Shown piece by piece: positions 8,525 to 17,969 of a stretch of DNA of 20,689 bases; within the stretch, counting starts at the first letter, position 1, and the number at the start of each line of letters is the position of its first letter. The translations under genes and the position numbers were made by a program. Origin of the DNA: Polyangiaceae bacterium. GTDB lineage: Bacteria; Myxococcota_A; Polyangia; Polyangiales; Polyangiaceae. The DNA lies in assembly GCA_033763455.1 (NCBI GenBank), contig JANRKO010000036.1:1-20689 (forward strand), given 5' to 3'. The notes under the pieces were generated by a model that saw only the letters and a list, made by a program, of their open reading frames with translations, was not told where the DNA came from and made no database searches.

Positions 8525-10066
8525 ATGAACCAAAAAGCCCAGAGCCAGGAAAAGACCGCTATCAGCCCCCGCCGGGATCAGGACTTCCCCGAGTGGTACC
8601 AGTCTGTGGTGCGCGAGGCCGATCTCGCAGAGAACTCGGATGTGCGCGGCTGCATGGTGATCAAGCCGTGGGGCTACGGGATCTGGGAAGGCATCCAGCG
8701 CCGGCTGGATCGGGTGTTCAAGGACACCGGGCACAAGAACGCGTATTTTCCCCTCTTCATCCCACTCTCCTACTTGGCCAAGGAAGCCGAACATGTCGAG
8801 GGCTTTGCCAAGGAGTGCGCGGTGGTAACGCACCATCGCTTGGAAGCCGCACCCGGCGGCGGGCTACGCCCAGCCCCGAGCGCCGAGCTCGTAGAGCCAC
8901 TCGTAGTGCGGCCCACTTCTGAAACGATCATCGGTGCGAGCTTTGCCAAATGGGTGCAATCGTATCGCGACCTGCCAATTCTTATTAACCAATGGGCCAA
9001 CGTGGTGCGCTGGGAGATGCGCCCCCGCGTTTTCCTACGTACGGCGGAATTCCTCTGGCAGGAGGGGCACACGGCACACGAGACCGAAGCGGAGGCACGC
9101 GAAGAAACCGCGCGCATGCTGCGCGTCTACGCTGACTTTGCTCGCGACTATCTCGCTGTGCCGGTTTTTACTGGAAAAAAGACCGATGGCGAGCGTTTTC
9201 CCGGGGCGGTGGAGACCTTGTGTGTCGAAGCTTTGGTGCAGGATCGGAAAGCAATTCAAGCTGGAACGTCACACTTTCTGGGGCAAAACTTCGCGCGTTC
9301 CAGCGGCATACGCTTCCTCTCTCGCCAGAATCAGGAAGAGCATGCTTGGACCACAAGCTGGGGCGTGAGCACGCGTTTGGTGGGCACCCTAATTATGGTG
9401 CACGCCGACGACGACGGAATGATCGTGCCGCCGCGTGTGGCGCCCACGCACGTGGTGATCTTGCCCGTAACGCCGAAGCCTGAGACGCGGGATGCCGTGA
9501 TAGCTGCGGCACGCGAACTCGCGGACCGCATCCGCGCCGAGCAGTTCAACGGCGCTCAGATAGAGGTGGAGGTAGATGCTCGTGATCTGCCGGGTGGTAC
9601 GAAGAGCTGGGAGTGGGTCAAAAAAGGCGTCCCAGTTCGCCTGGAGATCGGGCCGCGCGACATCGAAAAGGGCACGGTGGCGCTCTATCGGCGTGACCAG
9701 CCGGTTAAGGAGAAGACGTTCCCGGAGGTTGCTGGAGTGCCCGCCGCTTTGCCTGGGCTCCTGCAAGGCATTCAGGATGCGTTGTACGCACGCGCGCTCG
9801 CACTCCGCGAGGCCCACACCGTGCGCGTGGACACCGAACAGGACTTCTACGCCTTTTTTACACCCAAAAACCCAAACAAACCCGAGATCCACGGCGGCTT
9901 TGCCCTGGCCCATTGCGCACCCACCCGTGAGCTTGAGGAACGCCTGAAGGCCGACCTCAAGGTGACGGTTCGCTGTATCCCCGACGACGCTAATCCGGAG
10001 CCAGGTACCTGCATTTTTACAGGCAAGCCCAGTGCCCAACGGTTAGTCTTCGCCAAATCTTATTGA
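8525..10066 (+). CDS. proS: Proline--tRNA ligase (archaeal/eukaryote-like type, no insertion editing domain)
   Basis: Motifs DFPEWY, VRPTSET, QWANVVRWE..PRVFLRTAEFLWQEGHT, QAGTSHFLGQNF, TSWGVSTR and conserved C-terminal FAKSY. ATG at 8525 preferred over TTG at 8486. Confidence 0.97.
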   Translation: MNQKAQSQEKTAISPRRDQDFPEWYQSVVREADLAENSDVRGCMVIKPWGYGIWEGIQRRLDRVFKDTGHKNAYFPLFIPLSYLAKEAEHVEGFAKECAVVTHHRLEAAPGGGLRPAPSAELVEPLVVRPTSETIIGASFAKWVQSYRDLPILINQWANVVRWEMRPRVFLRTAEFLWQEGHTAHETEAEAREETARMLRVYADFARDYLAVPVFTGKKTDGERFPGAVETLCVEALVQDRKAIQAGTSHFLGQNFARSSGIRFLSRQNQEEHAWTTSWGVSTRLVGTLIMVHADDDGMIVPPRVAPTHVVILPVTPKPETRDAVIAAARELADRIRAEQFNGAQIEVEVDARDLPGGTKSWEWVKKGVPVRLEIGPRDIEKGTVALYRRDQPVKEKTFPEVAGVPAALPGLLQGIQDALYARALALREAHTVRVDTEQDFYAFFTPKNPNKPEIHGGFALAHCAPTRELEERLKADLKVTVRCIPDDANPEPGTCIFTGKPSAQRLVFAKSY

Positions 10067-10184
10067 CGCGTCCTCTGCACCAAGAGGCGCTAGAGCCTCC
10101 CTGTGGCGCGTCGTTCATAGTTCGCGCGAAAGATGCTAGGGTCCACAACAAGAAGGCCCACTCTTCAACCAGGGAGCTCACTCC

Positions 10185-11096
10185 ATGCCCCATTCTATTT
10201 CCGGCATCCACCCTCTATTCTACGTCTCCGCGTTCGTGGGGCTCCTGGCCACCACAGGTTGCTCGTCGAGCAACTCGGACGGCAATGGCACCCTTGGTCT
10301 GGGGACGGGTGCTGCAGGCGCTAACGGCGCACTTGGAGGGAACGGCGTAGGCACGGGTGGCAAAGGCTCCAACGGGAACGGCAGCACACCAGGCGGTCTC
10401 AACGTCGGTGCGGGCGTGGGCGCCGAAGCTCCGGTGGATGGTCAGTGCAATCCCAAGTTAATCGGCGTGCTGAGAGATTTCGGCCCCGAGCACCCTGATT
10501 TTGAGCACTACAACACCGGCTTGGCCCAAGGCATGGTGCAGGTAAATCTTGCAAATGGAGTACCGGTACTTGCGAACGCATCACCCAAAGGCAAACAGGC
10601 AGTAACCGACGCTCAGAGCTACTCGGAGTGGTACGACACCAAACACCCCGCCTCAAAAACCTATCCATTCGATCTGGACGGCGGCTATCTGCAGAAGAGC
10701 GTCGATGCGGCGGGCCGCACCGTCTACGAATCCAAGGCCTTCTTTCCGCTAGACGGTAAACCCTCGATGCAGAGTGGGTTCAAGGACGGCAACAACGTGG
10801 AGCGCAATTTCCATTTCACGCTCGAGCTCAACACCACGTTCGCTTACAACGGCGGCGAGGTCTTCTCATTCAGCGGGGACGATGACCTCTGGGTGTTTAT
10901 CGATGGTAAGTTGGCGGTAGATATCGGCGGCGTACACGGCGTTCAATCCGACTCCGTGGAGCTAGACACGCTGGGTTTGACCCGGGGCAAGGAGTACCCG
11001 CTGTCGGTATTTCACGCAGAACGCCACACAAGTGCGAGCAATTTCAAAGTGACCACCAGCATCAAGTTCACCAATTGCGGCATTATTCTGCGCTAA
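10185..11096 (+). CDS. Fibro-slime domain-containing lipoprotein (PA14-related)
   Basis: Lipobox-like LLATTGC, Gly-rich linker, RDF..HPDFE, NFHFTLE, FSGDDDLWVFIDGKLAVDIGGVH and FHAERHT..SNF. Confidence 0.92.
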   Translation: MPHSISGIHPLFYVSAFVGLLATTGCSSSNSDGNGTLGLGTGAAGANGALGGNGVGTGGKGSNGNGSTPGGLNVGAGVGAEAPVDGQCNPKLIGVLRDFGPEHPDFEHYNTGLAQGMVQVNLANGVPVLANASPKGKQAVTDAQSYSEWYDTKHPASKTYPFDLDGGYLQKSVDAAGRTVYESKAFFPLDGKPSMQSGFKDGNNVERNFHFTLELNTTFAYNGGEVFSFSGDDDLWVFIDGKLAVDIGGVHGVQSDSVELDTLGLTRGKEYPLSVFHAERHTSASNFKVTTSIKFTNCGIILR

Positions 11097-11194
11097 AGTC
11101 TGCGTCCCCGAGCCAGGCGGCCCCCGGGTGCGCGCATCCCGCGTGTTTCTGGGGGGTAACCCATCGGCGTAAGCGGCCGTTCCTTGTACGTAAG

Positions 11195-12172
11195 ATGTCG
11201 GCGACGCCCAAAGCAGCCCCCAAACCTCCTCCACTCCCGGCGAGCCAACGCCAGATCTTTGAGCAGATCCGTGAAGATCTGTGGTTCGGCGATGCAGATC
11301 CTAACCGCACCGAGCTCTCTGCGGCCAAATCAATGGCCGCAGCAACGGGCAAAGCCTTAGGCTTGAAGCCATTCCCGGTAGTGGCACAAAAAGTATTAAG
11401 CCTGCTTTCAAACCCTGACACACACACTTCGAAAATCACCGACGCGATCGAAAAAGATCCGGGCCTCACCGTAAAGCTGCTCCAGGTTACCAACAGCGTG
11501 ATGTACCGAGGAGCCACGGACATCACCAACATCTCGGACGCAGTGGTGCGCTTGGGGCGCAAAACCGTCATGGAGCTCGTAGCGGGAGTCGCTGCCATGG
11601 GCATGTTCAGTGACACTCAAGGCAGCGGCCTCACCATCCGCAACCACTGCGCGCGAGTGGCTGCCATTGGGCGCGTTTTGAGTACTGAATGGAAGTACAA
11701 GAAGGTCGATAGCATCTTCATTTCCGGGCTTTTGCACGATGTTGGCAAGCTACTCATGATGCAGGTGGGCGATATTGACTACAACAAGCTGGATCAAACG
11801 GCCGTGCATACGCCGGACGAAATCCATCTGCACGAGCGCGCACAACTTGGCTTTGACCACGCCGTGCTTGGTGCTCATGTTCTCGTTGCCTGGAAGATAC
11901 CCGATTCGATTGCCAGCATCGTGGCGCTACATCATCAGCCGGGTCGGGCTTACGCCGGAGACCCAGAGAAGGGCCTCCCCGTAGCACTCCTGCGCCTGGC
12001 GGATAAGATTGAGTACCAACTCCTTCAGGACACCGCTCTAGACGACGCCTTCGCGCGCGCAGTGGCCGCTGACGACGCCGCGACGTATGCCGAATATTCA
12101 GCGGACATGTTAGTCGCGATGTGGCCGAAGTTCGTCGAAAGCACTGCGGAGATCGTGTCTATTCTGAAGTAG
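11195..12172 (+). CDS. HDOD domain-containing protein
   Basis: LKPFP, DPGLTVKLLQVTNS, AVVRLG, GLLHDVGKL, GFDHA..G....W..P and HHQP. ATG at 11195 avoids overlap with the upstream gene. Confidence 0.9.
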   Translation: MSATPKAAPKPPPLPASQRQIFEQIREDLWFGDADPNRTELSAAKSMAAATGKALGLKPFPVVAQKVLSLLSNPDTHTSKITDAIEKDPGLTVKLLQVTNSVMYRGATDITNISDAVVRLGRKTVMELVAGVAAMGMFSDTQGSGLTIRNHCARVAAIGRVLSTEWKYKKVDSIFISGLLHDVGKLLMMQVGDIDYNKLDQTAVHTPDEIHLHERAQLGFDHAVLGAHVLVAWKIPDSIASIVALHHQPGRAYAGDPEKGLPVALLRLADKIEYQLLQDTALDDAFARAVAADDAATYAEYSADMLVAMWPKFVESTAEIVSILK

Positions 12173-12181
12173 CTCCCGGCT

Positions 12182-13687
12182 TTAGGGGCCACGCCACACA
12201 GCAAAATACCCATCGCTTTTGCCCCCGCCCGGCACACTCTGAACCGCATCCACTCCGAGCAATGGTGAAGCTGTTGTTGCGCTCTCTTTCAGAGCTTGCG
12301 TAATCGCTAAGGCCATCCGCCCGCCACCTGTAGCGACGGAGACGCCTGTGGTACCTCCGCCGGTTGCTCCATCAAATACCGTCCACGCGAGGCGTTGGCT
12401 AAAATCCGCAGAGACCACGAGCATGAACCCGCCGCCTAGGTATGCACTGAAGGCAGGCAAGCCGTTCACCGTTTTGCTGGCCGCATCTTGAACACAACAA
12501 GCCGCAGCGCCCGTGAGTAGGATGTTCCCCTTTTCGTCGGCTGCAATCGCGATGGGCCGGGCGGCGTTCCCCTTCTCCCCCTTGTCTGGTGAGAGGCGGG
12601 TTACCAGGTATTGGCTCATCTCCAGCGTGCCATCTCCAGGCTTGAAGCGAGCGTAAAACGCGATCGGCGCGGCGCCATTCAGATTGTACGGATCGTTGTA
12701 TTTATCGAATTTCTTGACGGGCGCCATCGCCGACAAATCCTGGGGCGAGCGCCGATGCACGGTGTTGCCACCATGGCTTTCGCCGGCGTAATACAACATA
12801 CCGTCCCGGCCCATTGCCACCGAAAGCCCACGGCTATCGGCGCACTCATTCACGGCGCCAACCTCCGTATGGTTCCAATCATACGCTTTCCAGCTGAGCG
12901 CGCCGTTGTATTTGTAAGCGCGCAAGAAAGGGATCTGCAGCTGGGTGCACGGCGCGCCGTCATCCTGCTTGAAGCCCACCACAAATACATTCTGGGTGCC
13001 GCTATCAATCGCAATGTCGTTGACGGTGCTGCCGCTAACGTCGAATTCGCCGAGCAACGCGCCTGCCACATCAAAAACCGAAACGTGCTTCCCGGAAAGC
13101 GCGGCCACGGTTCCATCAGCCGCGACCGAAACTCGCTGAGCCGCACCTTGTAGCGGCTTGCTCCAGAGCAGTTGGCCGCCCAGGGGAGCCAAAAGCCCCA
13201 CGCCTAAGTCGCTCGCGACCGCGATATTCCCGAGCTTCGCGTCCGCCTGCATGTCATTCATCACGTTCCCCCAACGGGTGACTGACACAACCTTGCGACC
13301 ATCAGCGCTCAAGTGCAAAAGGGCACCGTCACCTCCAGAAGCGAGCTCCACGGGCGTCGTACCGAAGTTGTTCTGGCTTATCTTGCCCGCCCACAACACC
13401 TGACCATCGGGCGCAAAATCGACCGCGGAAGCGTTGTCATCAGCTGGGCCCGCAAGGTAGCTGGCCGCACACACCTTAAGTGCATTGCCGGGCACAAACT
13501 CGGGGCAAGGAACACCCGGATCGGAGATGACCGTGCGCGTCCCCATGGCACTAGGATCGCCCCCTCCAGGAGCGCCACTCGCTCCGCCACCTGCCTCATC
13601 AGCACTCTGGCTGTTTCCACACCCACCCAGTGCCAACGCGACCAATAACAGCCCCTGGTTCCCCAATTGCCCGTATCCGCTTTGCAT
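12182..13687 (-). CDS. Hypothetical lipoprotein, probable beta-propeller
   Basis: Lipobox LALGGC; repeated blade-like motifs (AVDFAPDG, VSVAADG, IAIDSG, VAMGRDG, IAADEKGN). ATG at 13687 chosen. Confidence 0.75.
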   Translation of the reverse strand: MQSGYGQLGNQGLLLVALALGGCGNSQSADEAGGGASGAPGGGDPSAMGTRTVISDPGVPCPEFVPGNALKVCAASYLAGPADDNASAVDFAPDGQVLWAGKISQNNFGTTPVELASGGDGALLHLSADGRKVVSVTRWGNVMNDMQADAKLGNIAVASDLGVGLLAPLGGQLLWSKPLQGAAQRVSVAADGTVAALSGKHVSVFDVAGALLGEFDVSGSTVNDIAIDSGTQNVFVVGFKQDDGAPCTQLQIPFLRAYKYNGALSWKAYDWNHTEVGAVNECADSRGLSVAMGRDGMLYYAGESHGGNTVHRRSPQDLSAMAPVKKFDKYNDPYNLNGAAPIAFYARFKPGDGTLEMSQYLVTRLSPDKGEKGNAARPIAIAADEKGNILLTGAAACCVQDAASKTVNGLPAFSAYLGGGFMLVVSADFSQRLAWTVFDGATGGGTTGVSVATGGGRMALAITQALKESATTASPLLGVDAVQSVPGGGKSDGYFAVWRGP

Positions 13688-13816
13688 GAGCCACTCCGAA
13701 GCAAGCTGCGTAAGCCAGGGAGCATAGCCGAGGTGGCTGTATTTCGCGAGTTGCACCCCCTTTGGCCGCCTAGGCCGGGGCTCGGAGCCGCGAGGTCGAA
13801 GCCGCGCGAGAGCGCT

Positions 13817-15079
13817 TCAAACACTAGGCCTGGCGGTCGCCACCTGGCGCCTATTCAGCTTTCTCTCCAGCAAAGCTGCCACAAGAGGCACCACACACGC
13901 GACACACAGGGCCGCCACAGCGACCCCTTCCATGCCAATCAGTGATCCGTTGGGCGCTGCCACTAGCACCGCTGAAGCAAGGATCGCGCCGAGCGCAGAG
14001 AACAGGTGCTGAGTGGCAGACTGCGCGGACATGAAGCTCGCTCGCTGTTCAGGACGTGGCACACGCGAGGCCAACGCCTGAATAGGCACCATGCGCACGC
14101 TCCCAGACAACATGTAGACGGTGAAAACCAAGAGAATGGGCATGCCGAGGCCCGGACGGATGAAGCCAAAATACAGCGCGAAAGCTTGGAAAGCCGTTCC
14201 TAGAATCACCATGGGCAACGCGCCAAAACGATCGACGAACGCCCCCACCAAACGCATTGCGACAAAGCTCGCCGCTCCCCCAACAAGATAGAACATACCC
14301 ATTTGTTCGCGTGGAAAGCCAAGATTGTGCTGCAAGAATGCCGAGATATTCGGCACCACCGCAAAAACGCCGAGCATCACCAACGCGCTATTTCCGAGTG
14401 AGAGCAGCGTTGTGGAATCCCACAGCGACACGCGTGGCCCCGGCTGTCGCACTCGCGACAAATGCCCTTTAAAAGACGGAAGCAGCCGAACCGCCAAAAA
14501 CGTTAACACAAGCCCGATACCTGCAACCGCAAAAAACGGAACACGCCAACCAAAGCGACGCGCAGCCTCTAGCCCCGCGGGCACGCCCAAAACAGAGGCC
14601 ACCGAAAAAGCGCCCATCACAGCCCCAAGCGCCTTACCCCTGCGCTCCGGAGGCACAGCATCGGCAACTACCGCCAACGAAAGCGATGTGGCTGGGCCAC
14701 CGAATGCTCCCGCCAACACGCGCGCCGCCAGCAAAGATGGCAGCCCCGTCGCAAAACCACCGAGCGCCGTGCCCACCACCAACCCCAGCATGGAAAACCC
14801 AAGTGCGAGCCGACGGTCAAAACGATCCAAAAATGTCGACCCAACCACCCCTGCCACGGCCGCCGCTGCAGTATAACTTCCACCCACAACTCCGATGTGC
14901 GAGGTCGCGATACCCAGGGCCTTGGCGAAATCCGGACCGAGCGGCATCACCATCATGAAATCCAACACATTCACGAACTGAATGGCCCCCACCAGGAAAA
15001 TGATCCGACGTTCTAGAGCAAGGTTGGCGGTAACGCCGGTGGCGTTCGGGGGTGAATCAGGCAGCATCCGAGCTCGCAT
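13817..15079 (-). CDS. MFS transporter (DHA1-like)
   Basis: About 12 hydrophobic segments, motif A (LDRFDRR; VDRFG), ARVLAGAFGG and PPERRGKALG. Start is 15079 or 15067 rather than the ORF-track 15349. Confidence 0.92.
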   Translation of the reverse strand: MRARMLPDSPPNATGVTANLALERRIIFLVGAIQFVNVLDFMMVMPLGPDFAKALGIATSHIGVVGGSYTAAAAVAGVVGSTFLDRFDRRLALGFSMLGLVVGTALGGFATGLPSLLAARVLAGAFGGPATSLSLAVVADAVPPERRGKALGAVMGAFSVASVLGVPAGLEAARRFGWRVPFFAVAGIGLVLTFLAVRLLPSFKGHLSRVRQPGPRVSLWDSTTLLSLGNSALVMLGVFAVVPNISAFLQHNLGFPREQMGMFYLVGGAASFVAMRLVGAFVDRFGALPMVILGTAFQAFALYFGFIRPGLGMPILLVFTVYMLSGSVRMVPIQALASRVPRPEQRASFMSAQSATQHLFSALGAILASAVLVAAPNGSLIGMEGVAVAALCVACVVPLVAALLERKLNRRQVATARPSV

Positions 15080-15137
15080 CCTTGCGCCCGCAAGGCCCCG
15101 CGTACAGGGGTCGAACTGATAAATACCCGCAAATAGC

Positions 15138-15669
15138 CTACGGGCAGGCGGCGATGCCTGCCGGCGTTTGGGCAAGCTCAACCGGAGCACACACCCCCAG
15201 TTTCCCGAAAGTCTGCTCCAAATCACGGTTGGCAAAAGGATCGCACACGGCGGAAGGTTGGCTGCATTGGGAATTGCAGTCGCAGAGCTGCCCACAAAAC
15301 CCAGTGTCCCCAAGCGTGCCCTCCGCAGACGCAAACGTGCACGCACCACTCGGCGTGGTCGTATTCTGACAATCGTAAGATTGACCGAATTTACAGCGCT
15401 GCGAACACACGGCGTAGCTCTGAGCCAGGCTCACGCAAAGGCCATCGCACATGGGAGCTGCCGGATCACAAGCTTTGCCAAAAGTGTCCTGCGCTCCGCC
15501 AACGTCGACGCAGACGGCCTCTTTGCGGTCACATTTCCGAGCCCCGCAGTCCGCGTCTACTTCACAGATGGGTCGGCAGAAACCCGCTGTTGTGCTTTGC
15601 CCAGGTATCCTCCTCGCAACCCGCGGCGCTTACCACTGCCAATGCCAGAAAAATGCTCCGAATCCTCAC
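15138..15669 (-). pseudogene. Frameshifted or internally deleted Cys-rich lipoprotein gene
   Basis: GTG at 15669 gives MRIRSIFLALAVVSAAGC-EEDT (lipoprotein signal). A different frame, open 15629-15138 with no start codon upstream of 15452, encodes GFCRPICEVDADCGARKCD...CDGLC...CP. The frames switch near 15605. Confidence 0.7.
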
Positions 15670-15769
15670 AGCTTCGCAGCCTATTTTGCCTACTGAGCCA
15701 GAGCAAGGGTTCCGTTTATCGACCGACCTTCCTTGGCGTCGTGATGAGCAATGCTAAGGTGCGCGGGCT

Positions 15770-16996
15770 GTGAAATTCGGTCGCGAAAATGCCGATGGGC
15801 GCTACGAGCGCGGCCCGTTTCGGCGCGTGTTTGCAGGGTTTGCCCTAGGTAGCCTTGCGCTCGCCTGTTCAACCCATGCCGAGCGAAGCGGGCTAAAATC
15901 CGAACGTTTGATCGACGGGGATCTGGCACCGGCCGAGTCTGGCACGGTCTGGCTCACACACCCGGGTCAAGCGTTCCTCTGCAGTGGGGCCATCGTGCAC
16001 CCGAGGCTCGTTGTAACAACGAAGCACTGTGTGTTCGCGTCGCGCACAGAAGGTGATGAACCGCTCAGCGCTTCAGGTTTTCGCGTGGGTTTCGGTCCAG
16101 ATCAAGAAAGCCAGGAGTTTGGCTCCGTTACTGCGAGCGATTGGGTGGGCGCACCTCTTGTCACATCCATCGCAAGTGCCGTTGCTGCCGGGCAAGACGT
16201 CGCCGTCTTGGAGCTGAGTACCCCCGTTCCCGCGGGCACACACGTTCACTCTATAGCTTGGAATTTCACTCCCTTGGCTCAGCAGCAATTCCTGATGGTC
16301 GGTTTTGGACTCTCATCGCTCACCCTGGGAACCGTCGGAGCTCGAAGGTCGGCAACGGGCACCATCACAGGTTTTTCTCCACAAACAGGCATTGTGCAGC
16401 TGGCGGGAAAGAGCGCTTGTTTCGGCGATTCAGGCGGCCCCATCCTCTTCGGCACGAACCAAGAATGGGTGGGCACGATAAGCCAGATAGGTGGCTCAAG
16501 TGCCGATCAATTCTGCGATATTGGCCTTACCTTCGGGGCCACCCTCCTAAATCCCGAGGTGCGCGCCCTGCTCCAACGGGCGTTAGCCCAAGTGGGATCC
16601 GGCGCAGGCGGCGCACCAGCCATTGGCGAAGGCGGCAAGGGTGGCGAAGCCGGCGCGGGCGGCACCTCACCTCTAAACGTTAACCAGGGTGGAACGCCGG
16701 CGGGGGGAGCACCTGGGATGCCGCTCGATCCCAGCACGGGCGCACGCGCTCCGGTGCACGTGGGAACGCTGGCTCCGCTTCCGGCGGCTTCCGGTGGTTC
16801 TCAAGGTACTGCGGAAGCCAGTGGGGGCGCGAGCGGTGCCGCGAGTGGGGTGAACGGCGGCGGGCCTCAATTAGTGGCTAAAGGGGGCTGCTCGTTGGGT
16901 GGGGGTGGAGGCATGGGCGGGGGGCTTGGGGTGCTCTTGAGCTTGGGGTTGGGTTTCAGGGCAAGACTGACTCGACAGCGGCGAGCACGCTGTTAG
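15770..16996 (+). CDS. Trypsin-like S1 family serine protease with Gly-rich linker and MYXO-CTERM-like tail
   Basis: CSGAIV..TTKHC (His), DVAVLEL (Asp), CFGDSGGP (Ser); N-terminal LALAC; C-terminal GGCS-linker-hydrophobic-RQRRAR. Exact start uncertain. Confidence 0.9.
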   Translation: MKFGRENADGRYERGPFRRVFAGFALGSLALACSTHAERSGLKSERLIDGDLAPAESGTVWLTHPGQAFLCSGAIVHPRLVVTTKHCVFASRTEGDEPLSASGFRVGFGPDQESQEFGSVTASDWVGAPLVTSIASAVAAGQDVAVLELSTPVPAGTHVHSIAWNFTPLAQQQFLMVGFGLSSLTLGTVGARRSATGTITGFSPQTGIVQLAGKSACFGDSGGPILFGTNQEWVGTISQIGGSSADQFCDIGLTFGATLLNPEVRALLQRALAQVGSGAGGAPAIGEGGKGGEAGAGGTSPLNVNQGGTPAGGAPGMPLDPSTGARAPVHVGTLAPLPAASGGSQGTAEASGGASGAASGVNGGGPQLVAKGGCSLGGGGGMGGGLGVLLSLGLGFRARLTRQRRARC

Positions 16997-17115
16997 CCAA
17001 TAGCGCTATCTGGGAGCTATGGGGGCCAAGCATCACACATGCTCGTTAAGGAAGCCTTCAGTTCGCTTGAAGACACCGCGGGTCTTCGAGCACAAGAGCG
17101 ATTTGGATCGAAGGC

Positions 17116-17158
17116 TTCGGCTCAGTCGCCGAGCAAGTCTTCGAGCTTGCTCGAAAGG
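17116..17158. repeat. 43-bp direct repeat, left copy (matches 20360-20402); remnant 3' end of an Rpn/DUF4351-type gene
   Basis: TTCGGCTCAGTCGCCGAGCAAGTCTTCGAGCTTGCTCGAAAGG is 41/43 identical to the right copy; the minus strand reads LSSKLEDLLGD*. Confidence 0.9.
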
Positions 17159-17288
17159 CGGCGGCGGAGTGCAATGCTGACGCTACGATACGCGTGGACC
17201 TGATTTGCGATGCCTACGCGGAATTTCCGCCGGAATCATGCGGCCGCAATTTTGTATGGGCTTACGATAGCAATTGGGCGCGTAACAG

Positions 17289-17969
17289 CTACTTTTCCAC
17301 GATCATTTCGATCTCAGTCGAGCCCATAGTATGCGCCTCTTGGCCGTCTCGAACGAAAAACCTCTGACGCAAGGCATACCCGGGGGTGAATACACGAGCC
17401 TCGTATTCAGAGTCACGCTTCAATTTTTCGCAGCCCACGATTGGCTTACTTGTCTCTGCGTCTTCTCCGTAAACCCAACTTGGAGACGACTTCCCGAGCT
17501 TGATGTCGCAGACGGTACGCCTTTCATTGTTTGAGATCTTCAGAAAGGTCACCAACGTTGGCGACCCGAGACTTCGATCTGCCAAGTCCAACGAAAACCG
17601 TGGTGGTGAGCTACCTTGCTCAATGCGAATGTGCGCACGTGAGAACTTGGCGCCACCTGCTATGGCACCTTGCCTATCGACAAATACGCCACCTCTACGG
17701 ACTGCTTCCGCGAGGGCTAAATCGTGTGCGGTGCCGCTGGCGATAGGCGGTACCCAACCAGTACGGGGCGCCTCAGCATCAGGGCCCGCATTGATGGCGC
17801 TACCTGGACTGGGAGGCAAAAGGACAATACCTGGTGCGGCACTTCGGTCCCCGGGCGAAGGTGAGCCGCGCTCGCACGATAACGATAGAGCGGCAGCTAC
17901 GAGGGTTGTTCCGATGCTAGCGCCGAGCAAACCGGGAATCGATCCCAAAGTAGTCTCCCAGTGCCTCAT
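17289..17969 (-). CDS. Hypothetical lipoprotein, putative immunity protein for the upstream RHS toxin
   Basis: ATG at 17969 overlaps the toxin 3' end; hydrophobic stretch ending LVAAALSLSC, Pro-rich linker, two-Cys beta-rich domain. Immunity role inferred from position only. Confidence 0.6.
   Translation of the reverse strand: MRHWETTLGSIPGLLGASIGTTLVAAALSLSCERGSPSPGDRSAAPGIVLLPPSPGSAINAGPDAEAPRTGWVPPIASGTAHDLALAEAVRRGGVFVDRQGAIAGGAKFSRAHIRIEQGSSPPRFSLDLADRSLGSPTLVTFLKISNNERRTVCDIKLGKSSPSWVYGEDAETSKPIVGCEKLKRDSEYEARVFTPGYALRQRFFVRDGQEAHTMGSTEIEMIVEK

Noticed and set aside
15080..15349. N-terminal extension of the MFS ORF
   Set aside because: It overlaps the Cys-rich gene and is not transporter-like; the true start is near 15079 or 15067.
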